Shown: positions 16,863-26,652, counted from the first letter of the stretch. The stretch: 61,655 bases of DNA from an uncultured Methanosarcinales archaeon (GCA_964385185.1 CAYLOA010000005.1:1-61655); one strand, 5' to 3'. The notes: generated by a model from the sequence alone, not told the origin. Program-made: numbers and translations.

Positions 16863-18326
16863 TTATTTTAAATATTTCTCTCTCAAATAATTCAAGAAAT
16901 CATCACAACCTAACTCTTTACCAGTAGCTTTCTTAACAATCTCTCCAGCCAACAAAGAGCTTCCATGTCTATGTACCTTCTCCTTCAACCATTTTTTAAC
17001 ATAACGAAGATCTCCTTTAGCTAAATCTTTTTGTAACTCTTTTCGATCCATCTCCAATTGCTTAAACAATGAAGCAGAATACATAACTCCTATGGCATAC
17101 GTAGGAAAATATCCAAAATATCCTAGGCTCCAATGAGTATCTTGTAAACAACCTTGTGCATCACTTTTAGGTACTATCCCAAGATACTGTTCGTATTTAT
17201 CATTCCATGCCTTAGGTAAATCTTTCACCTTCAAACTTCCTTCAATTAAGGCAACTTCTAATTCAAATCGAATAATTACATGTATAGGATACGTCACTTC
17301 ATCCGCTTCAATTCTGATGGGACTCGGTCTCACATCATTCAAATGGAGCATAAACTTTTTCTTATCAACAGTTAATCCATGCACTTTCTTAAAATGAGGA
17401 TAGTAATAACTCCACCAGGCATCATGCTTCATAATATGGTCTTCCCAAAACTTTGACTGAGATTCATGTAATCCGATACTCGGTGCCGTATATAAAATAG
17501 AACCTCGAAATTTAGAATCAAAGTTCAATTCATATAATGCATGTCCACATTCATGACAGGTAGAAGTATAAGAGAATAAAGGCTCATCAGGCCTATATGC
17601 AGTTGTCAATCGAACATCATCAGGACTAATAGGATCAGAGAAAGGATGCACAGACTCTCCTAATACCACTCTTTCTTCACCCAATATTCTCTTAACCACA
17701 TCTTCAGCAATCTTTCGTTCACCTTCAATGGAAAATGCCTTATTATGGATACGGACTGATTTCTGATCTTTCAGTTTGTCAAGAATCATCAGTAATCCTG
17801 CTTTTAACTCCCCAAAGACTTTCTTCAAAGTATCTACTGTCATTCCTTCTTCAAAATCATCCAACAAAACATCATAAGGATGTTTTTTGCCATCAATAAG
17901 CTGAGCTTCTTTCTGTCTCATCTCAAATAATTTCTGCAAATAAGGTGCAAAATGTTTAAAGTTATTTCTCGCCTTAGCTTCTTCCCAAGCTTGAGAACTT
18001 TTAGTAACCAAACGTGAAAAGGTATCAATATGCTCAAGAGGAATCTTTTCAATTTTCCTCAACATTTTATGATATTTTTTAACCCTTGCAGCATTAGAAA
18101 ACGATAATTTCCTCTCACCATGCAACTTTCCAATAATACTCTTAAATTCCCCAGAAGTGGATTTCCCATACAATTGCTTTGCAACATACGCAATATGATC
18201 TGCTCGCTGTTCTATCGCCTCAGGAGGCATAATAGTAGCTCTATCATAATTCAAGAGATTAGTAATACCACCCAAGACAGCAAATTCCTTTTCATACTGA
18301 TCGAGAAGTGCAAGCTCTTTTTTCAT
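16863..18326 (-). CDS. carboxypeptidase M32 (Taq-like)
   Basis: HPF, DVRLTT, HECGHALYE (HEXXH), HESQS, IRIEADEVTY..H, GYFPTY. Confidence 0.93.
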   Translation of the reverse strand: MKKELALLDQYEKEFAVLGGITNLLNYDRATIMPPEAIEQRADHIAYVAKQLYGKSTSGEFKSIIGKLHGERKLSFSNAARVKKYHKMLRKIEKIPLEHIDTFSRLVTKSSQAWEEAKARNNFKHFAPYLQKLFEMRQKEAQLIDGKKHPYDVLLDDFEEGMTVDTLKKVFGELKAGLLMILDKLKDQKSVRIHNKAFSIEGERKIAEDVVKRILGEERVVLGESVHPFSDPISPDDVRLTTAYRPDEPLFSYTSTCHECGHALYELNFDSKFRGSILYTAPSIGLHESQSKFWEDHIMKHDAWWSYYYPHFKKVHGLTVDKKKFMLHLNDVRPSPIRIEADEVTYPIHVIIRFELEVALIEGSLKVKDLPKAWNDKYEQYLGIVPKSDAQGCLQDTHWSLGYFGYFPTYAIGVMYSASLFKQLEMDRKELQKDLAKGDLRYVKKWLKEKVHRHGSSLLAGEIVKKATGKELGCDDFLNYLREKYLK

Positions 18327-18360
18327 AGTAGTAATTCAGAATTCCGATTAATATATGTTT

Positions 18361-19722
18361 CTATTCCAATCCTTCAACTATTTCTTTCATATCATTAAAA
18401 TTAACAGCAGAATAATAAATACTCTCATCACTAGTCTCTACGTTTGTAAACACATACCCTGGTGTACCAAGAAAGCCATATTCATCAATCACTTCCCCAC
18501 AATGTCTAATATCATATTTCTCAATAAATAATTGATCACCAAACTCTTCAAGTAATTTTGGATGAACGTTAATCGATTGTTCCCAACACAAATTACAATA
18601 AGGACTATCAATAACTCTCACCCTAATATTTGCAGAAGTATTCCCTTCAACTGAGTGTGGACATTGCTTTAATTCTTCTGTATCAAACGATACTCCCACA
18701 CCATAAGTGATAAGCTGAACAAGTACAAACAACACAGCAACAATTCCTATTATCTTCAGTAGTTGTTTTGTCCCATTTGACTTTGCCAATCTTACCCAAC
18801 TAAAATCTAATCCTTTGCTCATTCCATATAAGAATATACATCCTCCAACTACGAAAAAGACAACGGTGAGACCATGATGCCAAGCACTTACCATATACAC
18901 CCCAAAATCCATCAATAATCCTCCACCGATGAGGTAATACCACCAATTCTTTTGTTGATGGATAGTAGTAATGTCTCTATTTTTTGACATGTTCTTGTAT
19001 ACCATAAGTGTCACACAAACAACAACCAATAACACTAATTGTGTAGCACTCAAACCCATCCAATGCCAAGTATAAGCTCTTAAGAATTCAACACTAAATC
19101 TCATGATACTATATAATAAAACGAAATGAATAAACAACTCTCCTCTAAACTTCTGATGTCCCCTTTTCCATACAATATAACTAAAAATAAACAAATTTCC
19201 AATGGAACTATAGATTTGTGTAGGATGAATTGCAACTCCATCTCTCACAACTGCCCAAGCTACATTGGATCCTTCCCCAAAACAACATCCAGCGAAAAAA
19301 CATCCAATCCTTCCAAAGAATAATCCCATAGATGCAATGAGTGCACCCATATCAGCATAGATTCCTACACCCAATTTTCTCCAGACAACATATCCAAATC
19401 CAAAAAGAAAACCAAAGATCAAACCTCCAATCATAACGAGTCCTGAATAATGATACGGATTGATAACAGCAGTAATCAATTCTATAAACGTTCCTCCATC
19501 ACTCCACGGTCCAAAGGTATAAAATAATCTTGCCCCAAATAGTATTCCAAAGAATACCCAGAAATAAGACCAAAATGTTTGTTTACCATTGAGCTTCTGT
19601 CTTTTCACTTCAACATATAAAATTACAGCACCAAAAAGCAATACTAAAACATACATCAAACTATACAAAAAGAATTTCTGATTACCTACAAAGAATGTAT
19701 TGGTAATCTCATAAGGAATCAT
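18361..19722 (-). CDS. lgt: prolipoprotein diacylglyceryl transferase-like protein fused to a C-terminal thioredoxin-like domain
   Basis: GRIGCFFAGCCFG, HPTQIY and RFSVEFLR Lgt motifs; extra TMs, then DSPYCNLC...GTP thioredoxin fold. Confidence 0.8.
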   Translation of the reverse strand: MIPYEITNTFFVGNQKFFLYSLMYVLVLLFGAVILYVEVKRQKLNGKQTFWSYFWVFFGILFGARLFYTFGPWSDGGTFIELITAVINPYHYSGLVMIGGLIFGFLFGFGYVVWRKLGVGIYADMGALIASMGLFFGRIGCFFAGCCFGEGSNVAWAVVRDGVAIHPTQIYSSIGNLFIFSYIVWKRGHQKFRGELFIHFVLLYSIMRFSVEFLRAYTWHWMGLSATQLVLLVVVCVTLMVYKNMSKNRDITTIHQQKNWWYYLIGGGLLMDFGVYMVSAWHHGLTVVFFVVGGCIFLYGMSKGLDFSWVRLAKSNGTKQLLKIIGIVAVLFVLVQLITYGVGVSFDTEELKQCPHSVEGNTSANIRVRVIDSPYCNLCWEQSINVHPKLLEEFGDQLFIEKYDIRHCGEVIDEYGFLGTPGYVFTNVETSDESIYYSAVNFNDMKEIVEGLE

Positions 19723-19766
19723 ACTCTATCTCAATCCTAAAAGTTTAAATAAGTTGTTATCCTAAA

Positions 19767-19904
19767 ATGGATATGACTGTTTTTACATGTAACGAATGTA
19801 ATATGAAATTCAAAGATAAAGCTATAGCTCAAAAATGTGAAGACTGGTGTAAAAAACATAAAAGTTGTAATTTAGATATTATTAAACTTGCAATTAAATC
19901 CTAA
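19767..19904 (+). CDS. small Cys/His-rich putative zinc-binding protein (45 aa, not in ORF track)
   Basis: Hand translation MDMTVFTCNECNMKFKDKAIAQKCEDWCKKHKSCNLDIIKLAIKS. Confidence 0.7.
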   Translation: MDMTVFTCNECNMKFKDKAIAQKCEDWCKKHKSCNLDIIKLAIKS

Positions 19905-19937
19905 TATTTTCATACTAATTGATTAATCTAATATTTT

Positions 19938-20426
19938 ATGAAACCAAAACAACTTGGAATAGCAATTATTCTTCTCAGTATTACTGTAATTGTATTAATG
20001 CTTTCTTTTAAAGTTCAATTTGACAGTCAACAACAAAAAGCGTGTGCAAGTGCATGTGGGGATTCAGATTTGGATACTTGTGCCATAACTTCTTGCCCCT
20101 TTCATAATACAGGAGCTCTTGGATGGATACCGATTCTTGTAAGTATTTTAGTTGCAGGATTAGGCGGAATTGGTGTATTCCTCTCATTTTCAGGGGAGAA
20201 AAAGATCATTCACACAAAAGAATATGACTTGAGTGGGTTAGATGAAGAAGAAAAGAAAGTATTCCACCTCATAAAAGATAAACAAGATGGAATCTATCAA
20301 AGTAAAATTGTAGAAACACTCGATTCATCAAAAGTTAAAATTACTCGAATTCTAGATAAATTAGAACAAAAAGAGCTTATTGAACGTAAAAGAAGGGGCA
20401 TGACGAACATTGTAGTCCTACGTTGA
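19938..20426 (+). CDS. membrane-anchored winged-HTH (MarR-like) regulator with Cys-rich loop
   Basis: Two TM helices flanking C.SAC...C....CPFH; C-terminal GIYQSKIV...SKVKITRILDKLE.K.LIERKRRGMTN. Confidence 0.75.
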   Translation: MKPKQLGIAIILLSITVIVLMLSFKVQFDSQQQKACASACGDSDLDTCAITSCPFHNTGALGWIPILVSILVAGLGGIGVFLSFSGEKKIIHTKEYDLSGLDEEEKKVFHLIKDKQDGIYQSKIVETLDSSKVKITRILDKLEQKELIERKRRGMTNIVVLR

Positions 20427-20498
20427 AACTAGTTTCACCTTATACTTATAAAGCGTTTCATTCTTTATTTCTTGTATAAACTACACGGAGATGATACA

Positions 20499-20630
20499 AT
20501 GCAAAGCATAAAAATGTTACAAGTTTTAGTGGGAGTTACCTTACTTATAGGGTTGCTCAATTTATATGGAACCTTTGGGCTACAATCTAGCTTATCTTTT
20601 ATTATGGGACTTCTTATATTCCTCGCATAA
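20499..20630 (+). pseudogene. truncated dsbA paralog (N-terminal anchor only; 43-aa ORF)
   Basis: MQSIKMLQVLVGVTLLIGLLNLYGTFGLQSSL is 22/32 identical to the N-terminus of DsbA at 16142; GGAGA SD; the frame then runs into the antisense 3' end of the radical SAM gene. Confidence 0.75.
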
Positions 20631-21600
20631 TCTGGTGAGCCATATTGATCAGGGGTTCTCCTTTCAACTGATACACATGAGTAGTTTCCCAAGTTCCAGA
20701 GTCTCTACACCTTGAACATTTATCACTGAGTTTTAGACTATCCAAATAACTTTCAGAATTCATCAGCACAGATAAGGGAGTTTCCAATATATTGCCAATA
20801 TCTTTACCTGTAGTACAAGATCTTACCCCTCCATCAGCCCAAACGGTAAGATATATTCTTTGACTACGACAAGTATACGTATGAGGACCTAGAAACTGCT
20901 TGAGATAGGTAAATGAATTAAAGATAGGATATCCTTTTTTCTTTAAGCTTATAATCTCTCTACCAACATGAGCCCTTTCCTCTTGATTTAGATCACAAGT
21001 CTGCCCTCTAGGATTTCTTGCTAAATTTTTATCCATATGTTGGAAAACAATTCCACAATCAATCTGTTTACCAAATTCACAAATGTCTTGGATGTGATCT
21101 TTGTTATGTTGTGAAAGTACACAGCATATTTTAATGGAACATTTGGAATTTTTTTTCTTCACAGCTTCTATCCCTTTTTTACACGCTAAAAACGTTCCCT
21201 CTCTTCCTCGTATTATATCATGTTTTTCCGAAGGAATATCAACACTCACCAATAATTCATTGACATATTTTCCTACACTTTCAGCCTTATTTTCCAAAAA
21301 GGTTCCATTGGTAGCAAGAGTAACCCACCAACCAAGCTTATGGTCATGCTCTAAAATCTTATCAATATCGTTTCGCAATAATGGCTCTCCACCCCAAAGA
21401 AAACAGCCCACAAAGCCTTCTTTTTCAGCTTCACTATGGAGTGTAAGAATTTCCTGAGTAGTCATTCCCTGTTGTGTATTATCTTTCCATAAACAATAAC
21501 CACATGAAAGATTGCATTTTTGCGTTAATAAGTGTGAAAGAAGTACGGGTTTTTTAGTGAGCTTACACCGACCCAAACCTGTGAGTAATTTGAGTTTCAT
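20614..21600 (-). CDS. radical SAM protein with SPASM/twitch-like C-terminus
   Basis: CNLSCGYC, WGGEPLLR, TNG; C-terminal C...C and CSRC. Confidence 0.88.
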   Translation of the reverse strand: MKLKLLTGLGRCKLTKKPVLLSHLLTQKCNLSCGYCLWKDNTQQGMTTQEILTLHSEAEKEGFVGCFLWGGEPLLRNDIDKILEHDHKLGWWVTLATNGTFLENKAESVGKYVNELLVSVDIPSEKHDIIRGREGTFLACKKGIEAVKKKNSKCSIKICCVLSQHNKDHIQDICEFGKQIDCGIVFQHMDKNLARNPRGQTCDLNQEERAHVGREIISLKKKGYPIFNSFTYLKQFLGPHTYTCRSQRIYLTVWADGGVRSCTTGKDIGNILETPLSVLMNSESYLDSLKLSDKCSRCRDSGTWETTHVYQLKGEPLINMAHQIMRGI

Positions 21601-21643
21601 ATAAAGTTAGAATTCTCCAAAATATAAAAACCTATCTAGGTTA

Positions 21644-22390
21644 TTACCTCTCACGATAATAGGTACGCAACACATAAAATCCAACAATAACCATAACAAA
21701 ACTCAACCATTGTCCCATACTTAAGAATATAAATCGAGCATTTTCTCTATAGAAATCAACAAAAATTCTACCAAGCCCCATCAAGATAACAAACCACCAA
21801 AAGAGATAGCCATCTTTCCGTTCTTTTTTATCAATAACATACAATACTCCAAAGATTACAAAACGTGTAAACGCTGCATACAATTGTGAAGGATGTCTAC
21901 ATCCTTCTGCTCGAGGAAATACAACACACCAATTCACGTTGGTAACATTCCCCCATAATTCTCCATTAATAAAATTAGCAATCCTACCTAATGCTAAAAA
22001 GAAGGCTGCTGGTAAGACTACAATATCAGCCATTTTAGGAACACTAATATGATGTTTTTTACAATACCAAACCCCTAATAATCCTCCACCTAATAATCCT
22101 CCATGAAAACTCAATCCTCCTTTCCACACTTTGAAAATCTCTACAAAATTACTCAAATAATAATTTGGCTCCCAAAAAAAGACATGAAACAATCGAGCAC
22201 CCAAAAGCATTCCAATAAAGATGTAAAAAAGAAAATCATCAATCTGTTTCTCATTAATCCCTAAAGATTCTTTTTTCTTTTTAAGAATAATATACAATGC
22301 AATAAAAGCAAAAACATACACTAAACCATAGAATCTAATTTCAAACGGTCCTAATGATAAAAGTGTAGGATTGATATTATGAATAAACAT
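21644..22390 (-). CDS. lgt: prolipoprotein diacylglyceryl transferase
   Basis: FYGLVY, GGLSFHGG, LGRIANFINGELWG, HPSQLY; canonical motifs retained. Confidence 0.92.
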   Translation of the reverse strand: MFIHNINPTLLSLGPFEIRFYGLVYVFAFIALYIILKKKKESLGINEKQIDDFLFYIFIGMLLGARLFHVFFWEPNYYLSNFVEIFKVWKGGLSFHGGLLGGGLLGVWYCKKHHISVPKMADIVVLPAAFFLALGRIANFINGELWGNVTNVNWCVVFPRAEGCRHPSQLYAAFTRFVIFGVLYVIDKKERKDGYLFWWFVILMGLGRIFVDFYRENARFIFLSMGQWLSFVMVIVGFYVLRTYYRER

Positions 22391-22835
22391 CTTGGTCGAA
22401 TAGATACAAGAGCTTTCCTAAAGCACTCTGTCTAAGACCTCCCAATTTCTTATCTAAGCACCATCTATCAGGACCATGATATACAATAGAAATGGTCGCT
22501 AATAGTAATCCTAAATCTCGTATCATGATTTCATTATAACCTACACTAAGAATGATAGGTACAAGGTGCAACACCCCTAATATGGCCATCCACCGTGTGA
22601 ATAGTCCTAGTAAGAGTCCAAATCCAATAATTGATTGACTAATTCCAGCAATAAGGATAAATGTATTTGCGGAAACAGGAAAAACAGATGCCCAAGAAGG
22701 CAAATAACCCAACCAAGAAGCAGGATCAAGAACTTGACTTACTCCAAACCATAAAAAAACTAAGGCCATGGCAATTCTCACTAATCGTGTGCCAACGCCT
22801 CGATGGTTATTAAAATAATCCATTTTAGTTAACAA
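22377..22835 (-). CDS. DoxX-family membrane protein
   Basis: LVRIAMALVFLWFG...GLLLGLFTR...RDLGLL. Confidence 0.8.
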   Translation of the reverse strand: MLTKMDYFNNHRGVGTRLVRIAMALVFLWFGVSQVLDPASWLGYLPSWASVFPVSANTFILIAGISQSIIGFGLLLGLFTRWMAILGVLHLVPIILSVGYNEIMIRDLGLLLATISIVYHGPDRWCLDKKLGGLRQSALGKLLYLFDQDVYS

Positions 22836-23298
22836 TTAACGTTCCAGTCATACCCTTGTGACCTCCGCCACAGAATACACTACAAACAATAGGATACTCT
22901 CCTTTTTTATCAGCTACAAAGGTGATCTCAACTGTTTCTCCAACAGGCATGTTAGCATTGACACCAAATTCTGAAATGGAAATTCCATGATCAGTATCGG
23001 TGCTCGTTGCTTTCAAAATAACAGTATCTCCTTCGTTTACTTCAATAGTTCCAGGAATAAATTCAAATCGTTTAGCTTCAACAGTAAATGTTTTAGTTTC
23101 TGGAAGATCTTTTACTTCTGCTTCAACAGTATCTTCTGGTGATTCAACAGTAGGTGTTTCCACACTAGGAGTTTCAACTGCTCCTGGTAATGCCGGTAAA
23201 CTATCAATGACAACTGCTTGTGGCACAGGTTCTGCAGGTTCACTCCCACACGCAGTAAATAGAATCAACATAATACTCATAATGATAATTTTTTTCAT
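22825..23298 (-). CDS. cupredoxin-domain lipoprotein (CuA/COX2-like)
   Basis: Lipobox-like FTAC; DTDHG and CSVFCGGGHKGM CuA-type ligands. Confidence 0.85.
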   Translation of the reverse strand: MKKIIIMSIMLILFTACGSEPAEPVPQAVVIDSLPALPGAVETPSVETPTVESPEDTVEAEVKDLPETKTFTVEAKRFEFIPGTIEVNEGDTVILKATSTDTDHGISISEFGVNANMPVGETVEITFVADKKGEYPIVCSVFCGGGHKGMTGTLIVN

Positions 23299-23345
23299 AA
23301 TATTCCCTCCAATACCTTCATTATATAGAAAATAGTATTTAAACC

Positions 23346-24047
23346 TTACCCTCCCAAATAAACACTCTTAATCTTCTTATGTTTTACGATCTCCTTCCCA
23401 CCAGTTAAAGCAATATTACCATTTTCTAATAAATACGTTCTATCTGCCATCTCAATTGCTTTCTTAGCATTCTGTTCTACAATCAAGATACTTATTCCCT
23501 CTTTCTTCAAATCTTCAATAGTTTTGAACAATTCTTTCTGCAACTTAGGACTTAAACCTAAAGAAGGCTCATCTAACAACAGTAAACTAGGATCATTCAT
23601 CAAAGCTCTACCCAAAGCTAATTGCTGTCTTTGTCCGCCAGAAAGAGTATACGCTAAAGTATTCTCTTTTTCCTTTAAGACAGGAAACTTATCATACACA
23701 GCTTCCAATTTCTTCTCAACAATTTCTCTATCTTTAACCAAATCTCCACCTATCTCTAAGTTTTCTTTCACACTCAACTCACCAAAAACAACTCTCCCTT
23801 GAGTGACAAAGCTAATCCCTAACTCTAATAATTCATGAGTTTTAATTCCCATAATATCTTTTCCTTTGAATTCAATCTTTCCTTTGGTAACGTTTGCCAA
23901 ATCATAGATGGATTTAATCACCGTACTCTTCCCCGCACCATTAGGGCCAATCAGTGCAACAATCTCTCCTGCTTTGACTTCTACATTAACTCCTTTCAGA
24001 ACAGTAAGTTCCTCATACCCAGCTTCTAGGTTTTGTATCTTTAACAT
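23346..24047 (-). CDS. livF: branched-chain amino acid ABC transporter ATPase LivF
   Basis: Start ATG 24047; GPNGAGKS, LSGGQRQ, LDEPSLGL, VEQN. Confidence 0.9.
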   Translation of the reverse strand: MLKIQNLEAGYEELTVLKGVNVEVKAGEIVALIGPNGAGKSTVIKSIYDLANVTKGKIEFKGKDIMGIKTHELLELGISFVTQGRVVFGELSVKENLEIGGDLVKDREIVEKKLEAVYDKFPVLKEKENTLAYTLSGGQRQQLALGRALMNDPSLLLLDEPSLGLSPKLQKELFKTIEDLKKEGISILIVEQNAKKAIEMADRTYLLENGNIALTGGKEIVKHKKIKSVYLGG

Positions 24048-24072
24048 TTTTATTGGTTTTTTTGTAGTAGGT

Positions 24073-24115
24073 CTTAGCACCACCACCGGCACCCACAGGG
24101 TGCAGTGGTGCTAAG
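24073..24115 (+). repeat. ACA-triloop bulged hairpin element, copy B1
   Basis: CTTAGCACCAC[CAC]CG[G]CACCC-ACA-GGGTG-CA-GTGGTGCTAAG. Confidence 0.8.
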
Positions 24116-24120
24116 GACGT

Positions 24121-24165
24121 AATCACCACTACTGCTCACTGTGTGAGCCAGTAGTAGTGGTGACT
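24121..24165 (-). repeat. ACA-triloop bulged hairpin element, copy B2 (inverted to B1)
   Basis: Minus strand AGTCACCACTAC[TAC]TG[G]CTCAC-ACA-GTGAG-CA-GTAGTGGTGATT. Confidence 0.8.
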
Positions 24166-24180
24166 CAACATTATCCTCAA

Positions 24181-24906
24181 TTATCCTCCTAAATAAGCAT
24201 CCAAAACTTTTTTATTCTTTTGAATTGCTTTAGGTTTACCCTTTGCTATAACTTTCCCGGCATCTAACACATAGACTTCTTGAGCTAAATCCATAACAAA
24301 GTTCATATCATGTTCTATAATCAATATTGTCTCACCTTGTGCATGCAAATCTAACAACACATCCCGAATAACTTTTCGCAAAGTAGGATTAACTCCGGCA
24401 ACAGGTTCATCCAACATAAGTAAAGTATGTGGTTTAGCAATTGCAATTGCCAAATCCAACAATTTCCTCTGACCATAACTTAAATCGGTTACAAAAGTTC
24501 CAAGAGGTTTATCCAAATGTACTTTTGCCAACATTTCTTTAATTCTTTTATCACGAACAGTATCAAACACTAAAAAACTTTTAATCAAAGATTCATCATC
24601 TCCCATTGCTATTTGCAAATGATCACGTATCGTCAAATGCTTAAACAGTCGAACTTCTTGAAATGTTCTGCTAATACCCTTTTTACTCACCCTAAATCCA
24701 GCCATTCCACTAATATTCTCCCCACTCAACTCAACCATTCCACCATCTTGGGGAACTAATGAACTAATAACATTAAACAACGTACTTTTGCCACTACCAT
24801 TCGGACCAATTAATGCAGTAATTTTCCCTTTCTCAATCTCCATACTACATCCTTGGAGAGCCTTCACCCCTCCAAAATGCTTTGACACATTCTTAACAAG
24901 CATCAT
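24181..24906 (-). CDS. livG: branched-chain amino acid ABC transporter ATPase LivG
   Basis: GPNGSGKS, RTFQ, LSYGQRK, LDEPVAG, IEHDM. Confidence 0.9.
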   Translation of the reverse strand: MMLVKNVSKHFGGVKALQGCSMEIEKGKITALIGPNGSGKSTLFNVISSLVPQDGGMVELSGENISGMAGFRVSKKGISRTFQEVRLFKHLTIRDHLQIAMGDDESLIKSFLVFDTVRDKRIKEMLAKVHLDKPLGTFVTDLSYGQRKLLDLAIAIAKPHTLLMLDEPVAGVNPTLRKVIRDVLLDLHAQGETILIIEHDMNFVMDLAQEVYVLDAGKVIAKGKPKAIQKNKKVLDAYLGG

Positions 24907-25775
24907 ACGAGATCAACCCTCCCATACATACCTCGTGGACGATACAATAAGATTCCTATTAAAACAAGTGCATACACAATAAGTCGAGCAGGTCCTAGAA
25001 TACTGGTAGGCAATGCAAACAATCGCAAGACTTCAGGTATTAACAAGACGACAATTGTCCCTACAATACTTCCCCGAATACTTGCTGCACCACCAACAAT
25101 AACAATGGTCAATATCAATATTAACTCACTCAAATAAAAAGTTCCTGGATCAATATAAGAAATATAACTTGCAAACAAACTTCCAGCTATACCCGCAAAA
25201 AAGGCACTGATCATCATGGCTTTTGCTTTAATGGCAAATGTATCTTTACCTAATACAAGCAATCCAATCTCATCATCCCTAACCGCTTCCATCAATCTCC
25301 CAAATCCACTTTTGATAATTCGAGACATAATTACTATACATACAACAGCAACAACAAAAACCAAAACCAACATCTCCAAATTACTACCAATACTCAATCC
25401 AAGGAAAGCAGGTTTCCCAATTCCAGGCAATCCTAAAGCCCCTCTTGTTAACTGAGTCCAATTTAATAAAATGCTATAGGTAACAAACGCAAAACCTAGC
25501 GTGGCTAAAGCTAAATAGTCTCCCTTTAATTTCCGAGTACTATACACCAAAAAGAAGCCAAAAAAACTAGCAACAATGCCTGCGAATAAAAATCCCACAA
25601 TAAAAGGCATTCCTGAACGAAGCAATAAGGCACTGGTATAAGCTCCAATACCAATAAATGAAATATGGGCTAGATTAATCAATCCTGTATATCCTAAGGC
25701 AAGATTATAACTCACAGAGTAAATACTATAGATACAGATTAAGATCAATATGTGAATTACATAATTCTCAAGCAT
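24903..25775 (-). CDS. livM: branched-chain amino acid ABC transporter permease LivM
   Basis: GYTGLINLAH, LKGDYLALATLGF, GRLMEAVRDDE. Confidence 0.9.
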   Translation of the reverse strand: MLENYVIHILILICIYSIYSVSYNLALGYTGLINLAHISFIGIGAYTSALLLRSGMPFIVGFLFAGIVASFFGFFLVYSTRKLKGDYLALATLGFAFVTYSILLNWTQLTRGALGLPGIGKPAFLGLSIGSNLEMLVLVFVVAVVCIVIMSRIIKSGFGRLMEAVRDDEIGLLVLGKDTFAIKAKAMMISAFFAGIAGSLFASYISYIDPGTFYLSELILILTIVIVGGAASIRGSIVGTIVVLLIPEVLRLFALPTSILGPARLIVYALVLIGILLYRPRGMYGRVDLV

Positions 25776-26652
25776 CTTTAACCCCTTTATTCAATCCAAA
25801 TATCCCTGTAGGTTTCCATAAGAGGAAGGCAAACAACAATCCAAATGAAATGGCATCTTTATAGCCACTCGGCAACCAGAGGATACCAATATTTTCAACA
25901 ACCCCTACAACATAACTTCCTACAACAGCTCCAGGCACAGAAGTAATTCCACCGACAACAGCTCCAGTAAATCCTTTAATGATCAACATGGTGCTCATCG
26001 TAGGGAATAAGTTTTGTTCCAATCCAATTAATATTCCTGCAATACCTGCTATCGCACTCCCAATCATAAAACTGTAATCACTTATTTTGATAGGATTAAT
26101 TCCTGCAATACTTGCCAACTCCTTATTGTCAGCCACCGCTCGCATATCTCTTCCGAGTTTTGTTTTTTTCATGAATAAATGCAGTAAAATCATTAATACA
26201 ACACTAATAGCTACAATCCAAATTTGTAAGGGGGTAATAATAGCGCCACCAATACTCATTCCTGTTTTAGTTTCTAACCATCCAATTGATTTCACTCCAG
26301 GACCAAATGCAATCATAATGACGTTATTGAATAAGGTGAGGAGAGCTAGAGATGCAATTAACAATACAATATTAGAACCTTTTCTCCTTTGTAAAGGAAT
26401 ATAGATTAATCTGTTCATCCCTAATCCAAATAAAGCAGTTAATACTATAGTGCCTAAAGCGGCAAGAAAAAAAGGTAATCCTAGAAGATTAAATAATGCA
26501 AAGAGAAGATATCCTCCAATTGCCACCGTAGCTCCATGAGCAAAATGCATAAATCTGTTAGTTGCATAGATTAAACTAAAACCACTTGCAACTAAAGCAT
26601 AGATACTTCCAGCTATTAATCCATTTACAAACAATTGTCCAATAATGGCCAT
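25768..26652 (-). CDS. livH: branched-chain amino acid ABC transporter permease LivH
   Basis: NGLIAGSIYALVASGFSLIY, FAHG, GRDMRAVADN, P.G.FG. Confidence 0.9.
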   Translation of the reverse strand: MAIIGQLFVNGLIAGSIYALVASGFSLIYATNRFMHFAHGATVAIGGYLLFALFNLLGLPFFLAALGTIVLTALFGLGMNRLIYIPLQRRKGSNIVLLIASLALLTLFNNVIMIAFGPGVKSIGWLETKTGMSIGGAIITPLQIWIVAISVVLMILLHLFMKKTKLGRDMRAVADNKELASIAGINPIKISDYSFMIGSAIAGIAGILIGLEQNLFPTMSTMLIIKGFTGAVVGGITSVPGAVVGSYVVGVVENIGILWLPSGYKDAISFGLLFAFLLWKPTGIFGLNKGVKDA

